A DNA stretch of 64,000 nucleotides, counting the filler. It is 15 parts of 15 records of this genome, joined end to end, with 100 filler letters (N's around TTAATTAATTAA, not from the genome) between each part and the next. Parts side by side here need not be neighbours in the genome. Positions count along the whole stretch, not along the records: positions 34,469 to 37,947 come from SRR7504441_32750; positions 38,048 to 41,777 come from SRR7504441_32910; positions 41,878 to 45,796 come from SRR7504441_32912; positions 45,897 to 49,711 come from SRR7504441_32915; 11 more parts are not named here. One strand, 5' to 3'. This document shows positions 34,469 to 46,646 of this stretch, piece by piece. Made by a program: the position numbers and the translations under genes. The stretch's first letter is position 1. Each line of letters opens with the position of its first letter. The notes below the pieces were generated by a model. The model searched no databases, was not told where the DNA came from, and was given only the letters and a program-made list of their open reading frames with translations.

Positions 34469-37400
34469 GCCGTGGTTGGGTGTCGCTAGCTGCCAAATGT
34501 GGAGCGACACTAGAGCTACTCCCGGGCGTTCGGAGAAGAGCGCGATGCGGTTCGAGCTAGCACTCGTCGGCTGAACCCACGCGGCAATTGCCGTGCTCTC
34601 GATCCCGCTGCCATCTCCAATCGCTGCAAGCTCGGCGCCGCTGGCCGTGCCGTGCGCAATGAGCTCGACAACAGCGTGGTCAACATACGCGTGGACTGTC
34701 ACCTCGTTGGCATCTGCACCCGACTCGCCAGCTGGCCACGGCCCCGCACGGAGATCAGCATCGAGCCCAACCCCTGACCGAGTCCGATCAAGTAGTATGT
34801 GCCTGCGGGCTTGGTCAAGCCCAATCGCCGTGTATTCCTGCTTGTCGTCGGAAGCCAGCACGAGCAGCCCAAATTTGCCAGCCGCAGCCTGATCCGGCAC
34901 CCGGAACTTGGCAACAACCTCCAGCTGCAGACCGGATGCGCCGGCTACAAACGAGGCGCCGGCAACCCCGCCAGTGGGAAGCGTCGTCGCCGGCATGTGA
35001 GTCAGACCCCGGCGCAGATTGGCCAGCTCCGGCACAAATCGCTGGCGCATCCGGCCTTGGCGAGTGACTGTGAGATCGCGAGGCAGGCTGAGCGTGTTGT
35101 TGGGTGCTTGCATATTCGGTACCCGGCCGCCGCCTTGGTTCCATCCGTTGTTGATCCAGCCGAACAGGACTCGTCGGCTTGAGTCGCCCGCAGTCTTTGG
35201 GCAGCACCCAAACTGTTCCATGTTGGTGCTGACTGCGAACGTGAGACCTGTGCTGGTGTTGTCGGCAGGGGTGAACGGAGACCAGTCGAAAGGGGCCGAC
35301 GACTCAAGAGCAGGCATGAACGATCCGCCGGCTATCGGGCGTGGCCCTATATAATAGTTGGCATAGTCGTAACATAGCCCGGATGAGTTAGTGCTGTTAC
35401 TCCCTGGCAGTCCGGTCCAGCGCATGTCTCCGTACGAGGTTGTCAGAAAGCCGTACATGCTGCGAAAAGCACTGCTCTCTGGCTCTGCAGCCGGCAGGGG
35501 AAAGAAGTCCGGCGTCACGAATTCATGCGGCCGCGGCCAGCTGCCGACTCTGGGTACGAAAGCGGTTTTTTCGACTAAAAATGGCTCATCGAGCTCAGTC
35601 CACGGTCCGGTGATCCCAGGCGCAGACCAGTAGAGCTCCAGACCCTCGCCGCCTGTGCAGTGGATTCCCTTGTCGTGCTCAGGTGGGGTATCGCCGGGGT
35701 CGCAGTGGCCGCATGCATTCGCGGCGTAGAACAGTGATACGCGCTCGTCCCACCACATCACAGGGTCCCAGCACCCCATCGCAACTGTCTTGTTTGTCCC
35801 CGCGTTCAGTGGGTCAGTCGTCGCATAAAGCACCGTTGGGGGTTCGAACGACCCGAGCGCTAAGTCTGCCGACCTCGAGATCGAAGCGTCGGTTGGCGAG
35901 TTTGCAAACGCCACAGTGACGTTGCGCTGATGGTCGTAGATCAACCCGCCTGATTCGAAGCGTGGCCCGCCACCAGACGTGCTGTTGCCGTGATATTGCC
36001 AGGAGACGAGGTCAGCAGTCGAAATATGCGCCCAACCGACGTGCGACAGCGGCATCACGTGCCACACCTTGGTCACTGGGTGCAACAGCGCCCCGGCAAT
36101 ATCGCCGCCTGTCATCTGTCCCAGCCAGGGCGGTGGCGTATAATGAATTGCCGGCTGCGGCACGTATCCACCATGAGTAGCGGTAGACTGTGGGATCGAA
36201 TCGGCCCTGGCTGGATCGTAATCTCCCGGCCGCCGCTCGGCGAGCGTCAGAATCTGGCCTTGCGACCTGAGCGTCGCCTGCAGCTTCCGCAGATCTACAT
36301 CTTGCACCGCCACTCCATCAGCGACGGCCATGGCGGCTGCTACCCCCGCGCTGTGCCCGACCACCATGTACGGCGACTCGAGTCTGTACGCGCCATAGCC
36401 CAAGTGCGAGGCTGCAATGCATGTCGGAATCAGTAGATTTTGCACCTCAGCTTTCCGAGGCACAATCGAGCCGTACGGGATCTCGAAGCTCCCCGCGGGC
36501 ACTTCCAGGTCGCCCTCGTCCACAGCCCGCCACACGCCGCCCCTCGATAACGCGACCCTCTGCACCTGGTGCACGTCTATCCCCCAATTGCCTATACCAA
36601 TCGAGCTATTGTCTGGCGCCACCCCTTGGACTACAGAGAGCACACCGCCAGGCGGGCCTTCGCGCAGCACAAACTCATTGACAAGCCTAATACTCTCACG
36701 GACATACAGCTGGGTCGGCCAATTGTCTGAGTCTTCGAACTCGTCCATGCACAGCCCATAGCTGGCCATCTCGGTACGCATCCCAACGGGCACCGCTTTG
36801 CTGGTTGCCAAGAAGTAGAGCAGCCCCTGCTGATAAAACTTGTGGGCCCGGAAGATCTGCGCCCGTCTGCTGGCGTTAGCGAGGGGCCACTCCCACGAGC
36901 CGCCGACCATGTTAGTAGAGATAGGGCCGAGCGTGTTCAAGTCCAGCTTGGCAGGGTCAGCACCCGGCAGCTTGAGCTTACCCCAGATGAACATCCCACA
37001 GCCCGGCTGCCGGTGCCCCCCGGGGCATTTCTCGATGTATAGCGCGTGCAGCTCGGGCTCAATCGCCAGGTACCGGCGGAGTAGCTCGTACTGTGCCTCT
37101 GAGTAGCCCGGCGGCCTCGGGAGCGGGGCCATGTTGGACTGATTGTTGGTCAGACAGACCCTGAAGTTGTACGCCATGATCTTCCGGTCTGCCGAGCCCG
37201 GCCGCCCGAGCCCGACCTGTCCGACCATCGGCAGCGGCCGCCCGGCCTGGTCGAATGGATCGACGGAGTAGTTCTGCCACGGCGGAAACAGCTGCCCTGG
37301 GTCCGAACCAGCGAATGGCCACGGCTGCACCCCGGCGTGAGGCTCATTGTAAGTGGACTTCGCCTCCCGTCCCAGCGCGTAGCTGGCCCCCGACAGCCGG

Positions 37401-37942
37401 AGCAGATCGCCCTCATAGCTGGCATCCACAAACACCTTGCCCTCGAGCACCAGCCCGTTCCCCGAGCCGTCCTCGGTCGCAATAGAGACCACCCGCCGAC
37501 CGTCAGCAGACAAGTCGACGCGCAGCTCGGGCGAGACGCGCCGGAAGACAGTGACCGCGCCGGCGACCTCGGCGAGCATCTGCTCGAATAGCTGGAGCGA
37601 GACCTTGCACTCCTGCGCTTTGGGCAGGAACTGGCGCCGCCCGGTGTAGCGCTGGCCGGCCCGGAAGAAGAAGTCCCGAGCGAACCCGCCACAGATGGAC
37701 CTGTCGCCGGCGTCGACATCGCTGAGCCCGCCGCTGGTCATGCCCCCGATCGGGGTGTCGCCAACCACCACCAGGGCCACTGTAACCCGAGCAGCAGATG
37801 CGTTGGCTGCCCCGATCGCCGTCATCACTCCAGCCGAGGTCGCGCCGTAGACCACCACGTCAAATTCAGCGCGCCAGGTGGCTGCAGCCCACTGCACGGC
37901 CGAAAGCAACGCAAGCGGCAGCGCCAAGGCCCGGCAGCCCAT
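34469..37942 (-). CDS. Secreted FAD-dependent oxidoreductase (FAD_oxidored type) fused to a GH32-like beta-propeller/beta-sandwich
   Basis: Signal peptide; 'DVVVYGATSAG', 'GGMTSGGL', 'FVDASYEGDL', 'LYVRESIRL', 'IPYGSIVP'; then 'WAHISTADLVSW', 'SG', 'WDP', 'PDFFPL', 'LSLPRDL', 'QRFVPEL', 'VDHAVVE'; intronless. Confidence 0.85.
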
Positions 37943-38146
37943 GATCANNNNNNNNNNNNNNNNNNNNNNNNNNNNNNNNNNNNNNNNNNNNTTAATTAAT
38001 TAANNNNNNNNNNNNNNNNNNNNNNNNNNNNNNNNNNNNNNNNNNNNAGTTCAGACAATAATTCATACATTAATTCACAGGTGCCCCCACCCGATACGTG
38101 CAAGCTGTTTGTGTCCGACGAACCAGGCACATTTACTCCCCTCGCG

Positions 38147-39420
38147 TTATTCGCATAGGCCATGAAGGACGTGCCGCAGCCTGTCCCCCAGGACGTGGTC
38201 GGGGGTCCACCCGGCCAGCAGCTCGGTGCGCAGCTCGTCGCTCGTCGCTAGCAGCTCGGGGGACAGTCCGGTAGCAATGCCCTTGGGCGGCGTCAGCCCG
38301 ACGCACCGCAGGGCAAAGTCGATCCAGCGCCTGCCGTTCAGCAGCGTGACCTGCTCGCAGCAAACGGACCCTCCCTGCGTCTGGAAGCCGGTGCCGTACA
38401 CAGCGTACATGCTTGACCGGTCCGCCGGGCCGGCGGGGTCCACCCGCGACAGCAGACCCAGCAGCGAGCAGCTGTCGCCGACAAAGCCGGGCTCGAGCCT
38501 GACGGTTGCGGGGCCGTCGGCCGGGCGGGCCGTCACCAAGGCGCTCCACTGGCGGCGCGCACCAGCGAGGCTCATCCGCCCCGTTTCTGCCGCCGATATC
38601 CCAACAATCTTTGACCGGACTCCCTTGGTGGCGCTCTCGGTGGCCGGCAGGACGAGGAACCGCGCCTTGTTCCGACACCTCCCGTCGGCGGCCGCCGCCA
38701 GTGCCATGAGCGTGAGCGACTGCGGCACCGGCACCAGCGGGCTCGCGACCCAGCCGAGCTGCGACGGCGGCAGGTCGATCACCAGCTGAAAGCCGCCTGC
38801 GTCGTGCACCCTCGACCCCCGGTCCGCTTTAAAGTTGCACCCGAACTCGCCCTTCATGAACGCCGCGATCGACTGGGCACCGCTCCGAACACCCCACATG
38901 GCCAGCGACACCAGCGATCGCTTTTTTTGCTCGGCCGGTGTCGGGCATTGCACGCGCAAGGCCGCCGTGCTCCACTGGCCGCCGCTCAGAACGGCATGCA
39001 CCGCCTCGCAGGCCGATGCGCTGGGCGCCGCGGTCCGGAGCACCGTCCACTGCTCGCCCAGAATCAGCTCCAACGACGACGCCAGCGGTGCGCTTCCCAT
39101 TGCAGCGACCAGCCGGTCGCGCAGTGCCCCCGGGCGGACCCAGGCCGTGATGCTGTTCTCGCCCGGAGTGTCGCCGCGAAACACCAGGCACCCTGCGTCT
39201 AGCGCCAGCTCTCGGAGGACTCCCTCGAACGTGGCGACCGTGTGCGCATAGGAGCGCACGGTCGCCTGTTGTGCCGCGAGCACCACCTCGGCGCGCAGTT
39301 CCTCGACGCGCCAGCCGGCCCGAAAGGGCAGCAGCGGCCCGAGCTGTGCTCGACGAGCCTCGAGCGTCGACTGCTCCTCCCCGCTCAGCTGGACGCCAGC
39401 CGGATCTGCGCGTGCGACAG
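38147..39420 (-). CDS. C-terminal part of an uncharacterised protein, in a different frame from the upstream helicase
   Basis: Protein-like composition only in the last ~420 codons of ORF 38147-40024. Confidence 0.5.
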
Positions 39421-41777
39421 CCGCTGGAGGGCATGCGCCGTCAGCTTGGACACGTCGGCACCACAGGCGGCGGTGCACTCGCGCACCGCGTCGGGCCGTG
39501 GCAGCATGGAGCCCATGTCGTCGAGAAAGCGCACCTCGACCGGGTAGCGGCGGGCCCCCACCTCGAGCGTGCGCGGCCCCGCGTCCTCCGAGGCTTGGGC
39601 AAAGTAGCGGGTGAAGAGCACGGTGTGAGGGGTCGCCGACATGAGGACCAACCGCAGTGCGGGGTGCTGCCGCAGCACCCGCCGGATCAGGAGGCACGCC
39701 AGGTCGGCCTCGAGGCTGCGCTCGTGCATTTCGTCCAATATCAGATGCGTGTGACTCGCAAAGTGCTCGGGGTGGTGGGCCAGCAGCTGCACCAGGTATC
39801 CCGTGGTGACAAACCACACCTGGGTGTGCTTGGACTCGACTCGCCTGCCGTTGCCCATGCGGAGCCCCACAGTTCCCTCTCGGAGCCCCGGCTGCCGACT
39901 GACGTAGCTGTAGAGCCGGTCGGCGGCGATCCGCCGCGGCTGCGCCACAAACATTTTGACCGCTCCCCCCACTGCGAGGGCTTGCTCGTAGAGCAGCATC
40001 GGCACCCGCGACGACTTGCCACACCCGGTCTCGCCCGCAATCACGGTCACCTGCTGAGACGCCACCTGTGCCAGAATCGCCGCGCTGTGTGCGTCGATCG
40101 GGAGGGGCGCGACGTCATTCGTGGGGACCTCGATGCTTGTGGCCAACCGCTGCACGGGCACGTCCCGCCCGTCCTCGCACGCGCAGTCACGCAGCAGTGT
40201 GGCACAGATCGCCTGTGCCTCCGCGGTCAGGGGTAGTGTGCCGTGCGCGGCCTTCCAAAAGACGCGCCCGTCAAACACGTGCCGCGGTTCGGGTGGCGGT
40301 AGCTCGGCGCGCAGCCCGAGCAGGTCGACCAGGTCGTGGGTCGCAGCCAGTGTGGTCTGAAACCACAGCTGCAGCTCAAGGAGCCGAAAGGGCGGCGGGT
40401 GGCGCACAATGGCGTGCGCGGACGTTGGGGTGGCCGGCGCCCTGGCTGTGGCGACACAGTAGGCCATCGCCACGCTCTCAGCGAGCACCCTGGCCTCGGG
40501 TGCAGTCAGCCCCACGTCCGGTGCCGCGCGGGCGAGGTGCTGCAGCACCAGCCACGTGGTCCGGAGCACATCGGGCAGGTTGCTCGGCCAGCCTGGAGTC
40601 GCGGTCGTCGGGGCGGGGAGCGGCTGGGCCGACATCACGGCGCGCAGCCGAGTCAGGGGGCACCCCCCCTGGCATAGCCACGGGTTTGCGCGGGTCGTCA
40701 GCTCAGCCATGGCCGACGGGTCGCACGGGTCGCGCACGTGCTCCAGGACCTCGGGCACCTCGAGCAGGCCGTAGCAAAGGGCGCGCAGCGGGCGGGTGAT
40801 CTGGTCCGACGGCGGGCAGGTGGCCAGCCGGCTCGAGCCCCAGTACTGCTGCTGCCTACGGACTGCGAGCACGAACGACGGCAGCCTGAGATCCACCATC
40901 CCTTGCCGCAGGTCCGCCTCTGCGGGGGCGTCGGCGTCCGTCTCGTCATTGGCATAGAACCGATCCGACGCACACACGTCGTCGACAATGCCCGGGGCGA
41001 CGACCAGTGGGAGCAGGTGGAGCAGGCTGCACGGGTCGCGAGGCGGAGAGAGTCGGTCGCGGAGCCATGCCGCGACCGTGTCCACCCACCGAGCGTCGCG
41101 CTCTAGCCCCAATTGGGCGTGGATCGCACCAATGCTGTGGCGGGTGACGTCGTTGCCGCACAGCGCAGCCAGCGCGGGGAGCGCAGCCAGCGGGAGGCCG
41201 AGCGACCTCGCAACGTCTTGCGGCTCGATGAGGCGCCCGCGGACGCTGCTGGGCGTCACCTCGAGCGACGCCAGCGGCATGTACCGCGCCCCACGGATGA
41301 TGCAAAAGTCGCTGTCCTGGCTGAGCACGGCAAACCCTCCGGACTGCGCGCAGTGCGTCACCAGGGCGGTGTCAGCCTCCTTGGGTGCGACGCGCACCTT
41401 GACGCCCAGTGCAACGAGTGTGGCGACCACCTGCTTGCTAGCAAGCTCCGGGAGGCGTCGCTGCAACCTGTAGCCGGTGCCCGCGCACCAGCTGGCCACC
41501 TGGTGCGAGTCGCCGAGCTTGCGCCGCATACGGTGGCGCCACTCGGCCTCTTTGCGGTCGTCCGTCTCCGTCCCGTTGCCGGGGTCGAGCAAGCACTCGA
41601 GCGTCACTCCTGCTGCGGCCATCCGAGTCCAAAAGGCCTCCGTGGCCTCGGCGAGCTCCCCATACTGGCCACCCAGCCAGTGGACCTCGGCGGGCGTGCA
41701 CGTGTCTTGCTCAAACAGGTAGTAGAGCAAGCTGCTCAGGTCCACCACCAGCAACCGCGGCTGGGTCGCGTCGAAGC
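39385..41777 (-). CDS. Asteroid/FAM120-type PIN (XPG-like) nuclease domain + DEAH-box helicase RecA1 domain; 5'-truncated
   Basis: 'LVVDLSS', 'GGQY', 'KEADTAL', 'VLSQDSDF', 'LCGND'; 'GETGCGKSS', 'QPRRIAA', 'TTGYL', DEMH, 'LMSAT', 'YPVEVRFL'. Confidence 0.85.
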
Positions 41778-42252
41778 NNNNNNNNNNNNNNNNNNNNNNN
41801 NNNNNNNNNNNNNNNNNNNNNTTAATTAATTAANNNNNNNNNNNNNNNNNNNNNNNNNNNNNNNNNNNNNNNNNNNNGATGGCGAGCACCCGAACCAAGC
41901 CGAGCCATAGCATATCTCGAGGCATCAAGCATTAATCAATCATGTACAAGTTTTTTTAATTTTTAGTAGTTACGCCTTGACCAGTCAAAGCCGGTCTTAA
42001 ATAGGTCTTAATTACAGTCAGCCATCTGCCGTGAAAGAGAGCTTGAGCACACAGTCACTAGACTCTAGAGCGAATGCTTTGAGGGAACTTCCAGTCTACC
42101 GACAGGTCAACGTTCGACCCTTGAACAACTTCATAATATATGGTATTGACAAGTGAAGTGCACCAGTGATCGGAATGGCTAGCAATGTCCGGATTGTCAT
42201 AACTCAACTGTGTCAGTTTTGTAAGCATCACTTGTGATGGACTCTTGCGGGC

Positions 42253-44110
42253 TCAATTTATCAGCTGCGTCACTCTTATTTTTGAATGCCTCGGGGAACT
42301 CAGCTTTGTACCAGTCCTGTGCAACAAATCCCTGTCAGCAGATGACAAGACCAAGGCACGCACCTGGAACTCAATGAAGCTAAACGTTCTTTCTGAGACA
42401 GGTGCAATTCTAGAGTCGATCTCGGAGATTGACATGGGCACCGCAAGCACAAAACACAAGTTGGTGGTGAGGTTAGAAATTTCTTGGCCTTCAATTGTCT
42501 GGCTCTCGTTGAGGTCGTACCGCATTAGCAAATTGTTCATCCCAGCTGTGATTCGAGCATCATACTCAGCCACCTTAGTAGTGTCCATTTGGCCCAGAGG
42601 AAGGCCAATAGGGGCCTGCGGCAAGATGCCAATAGGATTCTGGATTTCGAGACGTTCAGGCGACTCCTCCAGGTCAGGGGGCTCTCCAGTTGGCGAATCA
42701 ACTACACAGCACCACTTCTCAGGAAGGGGTAGGCAGGCTGGTTTCACCGTCGATGTCTGGAGGCAGGATGGAGCTAGTGCCTCTGGAGAGCTGGAACTTG
42801 GTCAAGAGCAGCACAGCCAATATTGAAAGTCCCTCGCCACTCATGAATATTATGCTGGTAGTCGTATCAAATTTTTTAAAGTCTTGGAAGTAGAAAAGGC
42901 CTCCAAGAACAGCCATGCCTTCCTCCGTCACAGACTGGCACTGCAGCACACACAATATTCAATCATTTTGAGCGCATGCAAGCTAATGCATCTCGAGGGC
43001 GAGGATTACCGGGACGAAGATCATGGCTGGTGACCTCTCCAGCCCTGTTGTGGTGGCCATCATTTGGAGCACAAAACAGCCTCCAAGGACGACACCGATC
43101 GTCCACAGTAGCCATGATGTAAATATGGCCAGGATCCCTTTATCGTCCAACTCGCCACCGATTAATGAGAAGATGCTCTTGGTAAATGTGATATTCAGCC
43201 CACCCAATGCACCAGCAAGCGTGCCATAACACAGGTGTGTCACGAATTCGCGAGTGCCGTAAGAGCAGCACACACACCGGTCCGGCCACTCAATGGCATC
43301 CTCCTCGGCCGGCGCTTTCTTTTCGGGTGCCGGACTAGAATCTACATACTCACTGTATGTGTTTGCACAGCTCTCCTCCTCTATTCCCATGGTTGTCCCA
43401 GCGCCAGTAGCCTTGGAGGGCGAACTGTCATTTGGAGTGGGTGTCGCAAGTGCGTTCAGGTGGACCCCAATCTCGGGCGGCTCGTATTCCGGGGCTTTCT
43501 CTGACCCCGCCCCGTCGGCCCCGCCGGCATCCGGCTCGACTTTGCTAGTGTCCTCCTGTTCCTCATCCTCCGCTGCTTCTGAATCAGGCAGGAAGAAGCA
43601 CCCACCAAGCATGTATCGCGGCAGGAAGTATGTGACTATAATCAGCACCAGCGCGCCGGACACAAACGCGATGAAGCTCACTTCGGAGCACATGTTTATC
43701 AGCTCCTCGTTGGTGAAAGATTGGTTGTTCTTGGGCGCCGAGATCACAACCATCACAGTCCCGGCCACAATCAGCAAGATGCACCCGCCATCGCTCATCC
43801 AGTAGAACGGCTCGTCATTGAGCCACCAAGCAAAGAACGTATTGCTCGCAAAGATGATTGTCCCGCACGGCGCCAGCAGGGTGGGCGAGGCAAACACCAA
43901 CGCCACGCTCAGAAACAGCCCGCTCCCAGTGTAGAGAACCACCCCCCCGATTAGCATCGGCTGCTTCCGCTTCGCTCGGCGCTCTTCGGGCGGCTTTTGT
44001 TTCTCTATCCGCATCGAGTAGCGCTGTAGGTTGGCTCCAAGCGCCATTGTAGACCGCCCAACCATGTAGATGAGCAGCCCGATCACCCAGCTCCAGTCGG
44101 CGAACGCCAT
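42253..44110 (-). CDS. NIPA-family (DMT) Mg2+ transporter-like membrane protein; short introns in the 3' part
   Basis: 'ALGANLQR', 'FASPTLLAP', 'WWLNDE', 'GLER...FVP', 'VLGGLFYFQDF'; multiple TM segments. Confidence 0.8.
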
Positions 44111-44335
44111 CGCAGCCGGGCGTGAGGCGCGATCACTTGCCGCCCTCCATCGCGCTCACCCGGTATGCGCAGGCTCTCCCGGCCTGACCTCGGCACACCC
44201 GCCTCAGTCCCTCCGATGACCCGATGTGCAGGTTGGCTCCAAGCGCCAGGATAATTTGCAACGGATTTGCAACGGACGCAACAGACAATCGAAAGGCCCC
44301 GGCCCATTTGGACGCACCACTGCTCTGCAGGCACG

Positions 44336-45094
44336 ATGTGGAGGCGACTGGTGCTCCCTGTCTTGTTGGGCGTGCCGAGCCTGACGCTGCTGACGAGCGC
44401 ATCGGCGCCCTACTGGCAGATCGGACTGGCCCTGCTGGCGCTCGCCGCGGGTAGCCACCTGGCCACTGCGCTGTCGCACCCCGGCCGGGTGCCCGACGCC
44501 TGGCGGGTCCCGGACTGTCCCGAGTGGATCGCGCAGATGTGCCGGGAGCGCAAGCCCGATGGCCGGCTCCGGTTCGATCGGAAGTCGGGCAAGTACAAGC
44601 CTGACCGGGCCCACTACTGTCACCAGACGGGCGAGTTGGTCCTCATGTTGGACCACTTCTCGCCTTGGCACCGGACCGCGATCGGGTTCTGCAACAAGAA
44701 GCCGTTTGTGCTCGCGTACGTCTACACCTGGATGCTGGCTGCTCACGCAGTCGCGGTGAGCTCACCAGCGGGCGGGCTGGCGATCGCCGGCTATGTGACC
44801 AGTTGGCTGCTGCTGCTGCCACTTTCGTGGTTCGTTCAGTTGCACCTGCGTTTTGTGCTTCGAAACCTCACCACTATCGAGTACTACGAGAAGAATTATC
44901 GAGAAGCGGCAGGGCCCAATGCCAATCCGTACGACGTTGGCATCTGGCGCAACCTGCAGACCGTGCTCGGAGCCAACCCACTGCTGTGGCCGCTGCCGGT
45001 CGGAGGCGTCGAGGAGTGTGATGGCCTCTGTTTCGCTCGAAACGATGTCGGACACACTGAGGGGACTGCCGACGACAAGCGAAAAGACGACTGA
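44336..45094 (+). CDS. DHHC palmitoyltransferase-like protein with DHFS in place of DHHC (start uncertain)
   Basis: 'HPG.VP', 'KPDRAHYC', 'LDHFSPW..TAIG..N.K.F', 'NLTTIE', 'NPYDVG..RNL..VLG'. Confidence 0.85.
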   Translation: MWRRLVLPVLLGVPSLTLLTSASAPYWQIGLALLALAAGSHLATALSHPGRVPDAWRVPDCPEWIAQMCRERKPDGRLRFDRKSGKYKPDRAHYCHQTGELVLMLDHFSPWHRTAIGFCNKKPFVLAYVYTWMLAAHAVAVSSPAGGLAIAGYVTSWLLLLPLSWFVQLHLRFVLRNLTTIEYYEKNYREAAGPNANPYDVGIWRNLQTVLGANPLLWPLPVGGVEECDGLCFARNDVGHTEGTADDKRKDD

Positions 45095-45896
45095 TTGGTT
45101 TGATTTATCTTGAATGTGCGGTGTTAATCAAGTATTTATAGCTAAGCTCTTAGCTCTTAGCTTATTGGTACCTACAATACCTAGATTAGATCTTGTCGAG
45201 ATGCCTTGACTCGTCGTTGGTGTGCCCCTAGCATATTTTATACATGTACAATCCAACGCGTACGACCACCAATCAGATCCGCAACGGCAAAGGCATCTCT
45301 GAGGCAACCTCAGCCCACCCATGGTTGCACCAGCAGCCCTGCGCTGGCCAGAGGCCAGGGACGAGGGGAGCGGCTGGGGATGATGAACCGGACCTCTCGG
45401 CCGAGTACCCCCCCGACCGGCGGCTAGACCCTGAGCCGCCCGCAGGCACCCCCAACGGCCCTAGCTACGCCCGGCCCACGGCAAGCAGTGGCCTGAAGCG
45501 CGCCGGTGAGTCAGCCCTGCTCTGTCGATTGAGCCGTCGAACGTCGGCTGGCGCTTTCGACGATTAGCGCAGTCTCACACCAGAGCGCGGTTTGACTGTT
45601 GATCGGCAGATGCCTCGCCCGCGCCGGCCCGGCCGAGGACCCCAGGCATAAACGGATCCCGCCCCGGTGCGCGCACCCGAGGCATGTATGCCTGAGTGGC
45701 TTGCGGGCAGGTACGCCTCAGAATGGCGCTGTACGACCAAATACTCCTGGCAAGCCCCCAGCAAGGCCAGGTGGGCTTTTGTCGCAGCCCGTGCTCNNNN
45801 NNNNNNNNNNNNNNNNNNNNNNNNNNNNNNNNNNNNNNNNTTAATTAATTAANNNNNNNNNNNNNNNNNNNNNNNNNNNNNNNNNNNNNNNNNNNN

Positions 45897-46536
45897 GTCG
45901 CTCGAGCATTGGTCCGACCGCTGAGGGATGGCTGGCGATCATCTCCTTTATCGGGCCAAACATGGTCTGGAAGAGTTCACCCTGCAGGAACTGCTTGAAC
46001 TGGTCGTCTTCCAGCGCGGTCTGCAGGGCCCGGGTGGTGGCCTCCGGTCCTAGCGCAGGTAGCTCAATCGTCACTGGCTCCTCCACTCGGCGCCGTATGC
46101 ACTCGGGTCGGACGCCCTTGGAGTGGCTGTGCTCCCCAGCCCACTTGACCCAGTAGCTCCCGTCCGACTCCCGATTGATCACAATCGCCGCGTACCAGTT
46201 GCCATCTCCCCACAGAGTCTCCACAGGCTCCCCGACTCCAATGCTCTCGCCCGGCGGCGGCTCCACAGCGGCGCCCAGCACCAACTGGAGCACGCTGCCG
46301 TCCTCGAGCCCGGCCCCGCTGGCCAGCGCCGGGGAGCGATCGACGGCCCGACCCTTGAAGAAGAGCCGCGGCTCGGTGCCGTCGACCTGGGTGCCGTTGG
46401 CGGACAGCTCGGACAGGACGGCTTGGTACAGCTGCGCCAGGCTGGCCTGCGCCGGTAGTTCGACTTGCAGCTCCAGCCGCTGCCGATCTAGCTTCGTCTT
46501 GACCCGCAGCCGCCAGCACGGTGCGGACTCGCACAT
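45897..46536 (-). CDS. Ubiquitin-like domain + Tudor-like domain protein; 3'-truncated
   Basis: 'RLFFKGR...GLEDGSVLQLV'; 'VGEPVETLWGDGNWYAAIV...YWVKW'. Confidence 0.7.
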
Positions 46537-46646
46537 GGTCCTCACACCACTGATTTGGAAAGCTGCCGGCAGCGCGTCCGGGCAAGGCAGGTAAGCACCT
46601 CGCAGAGCTCCGCAATCCTGCGATTGCTCCGCAAGCGTGGCCGACG

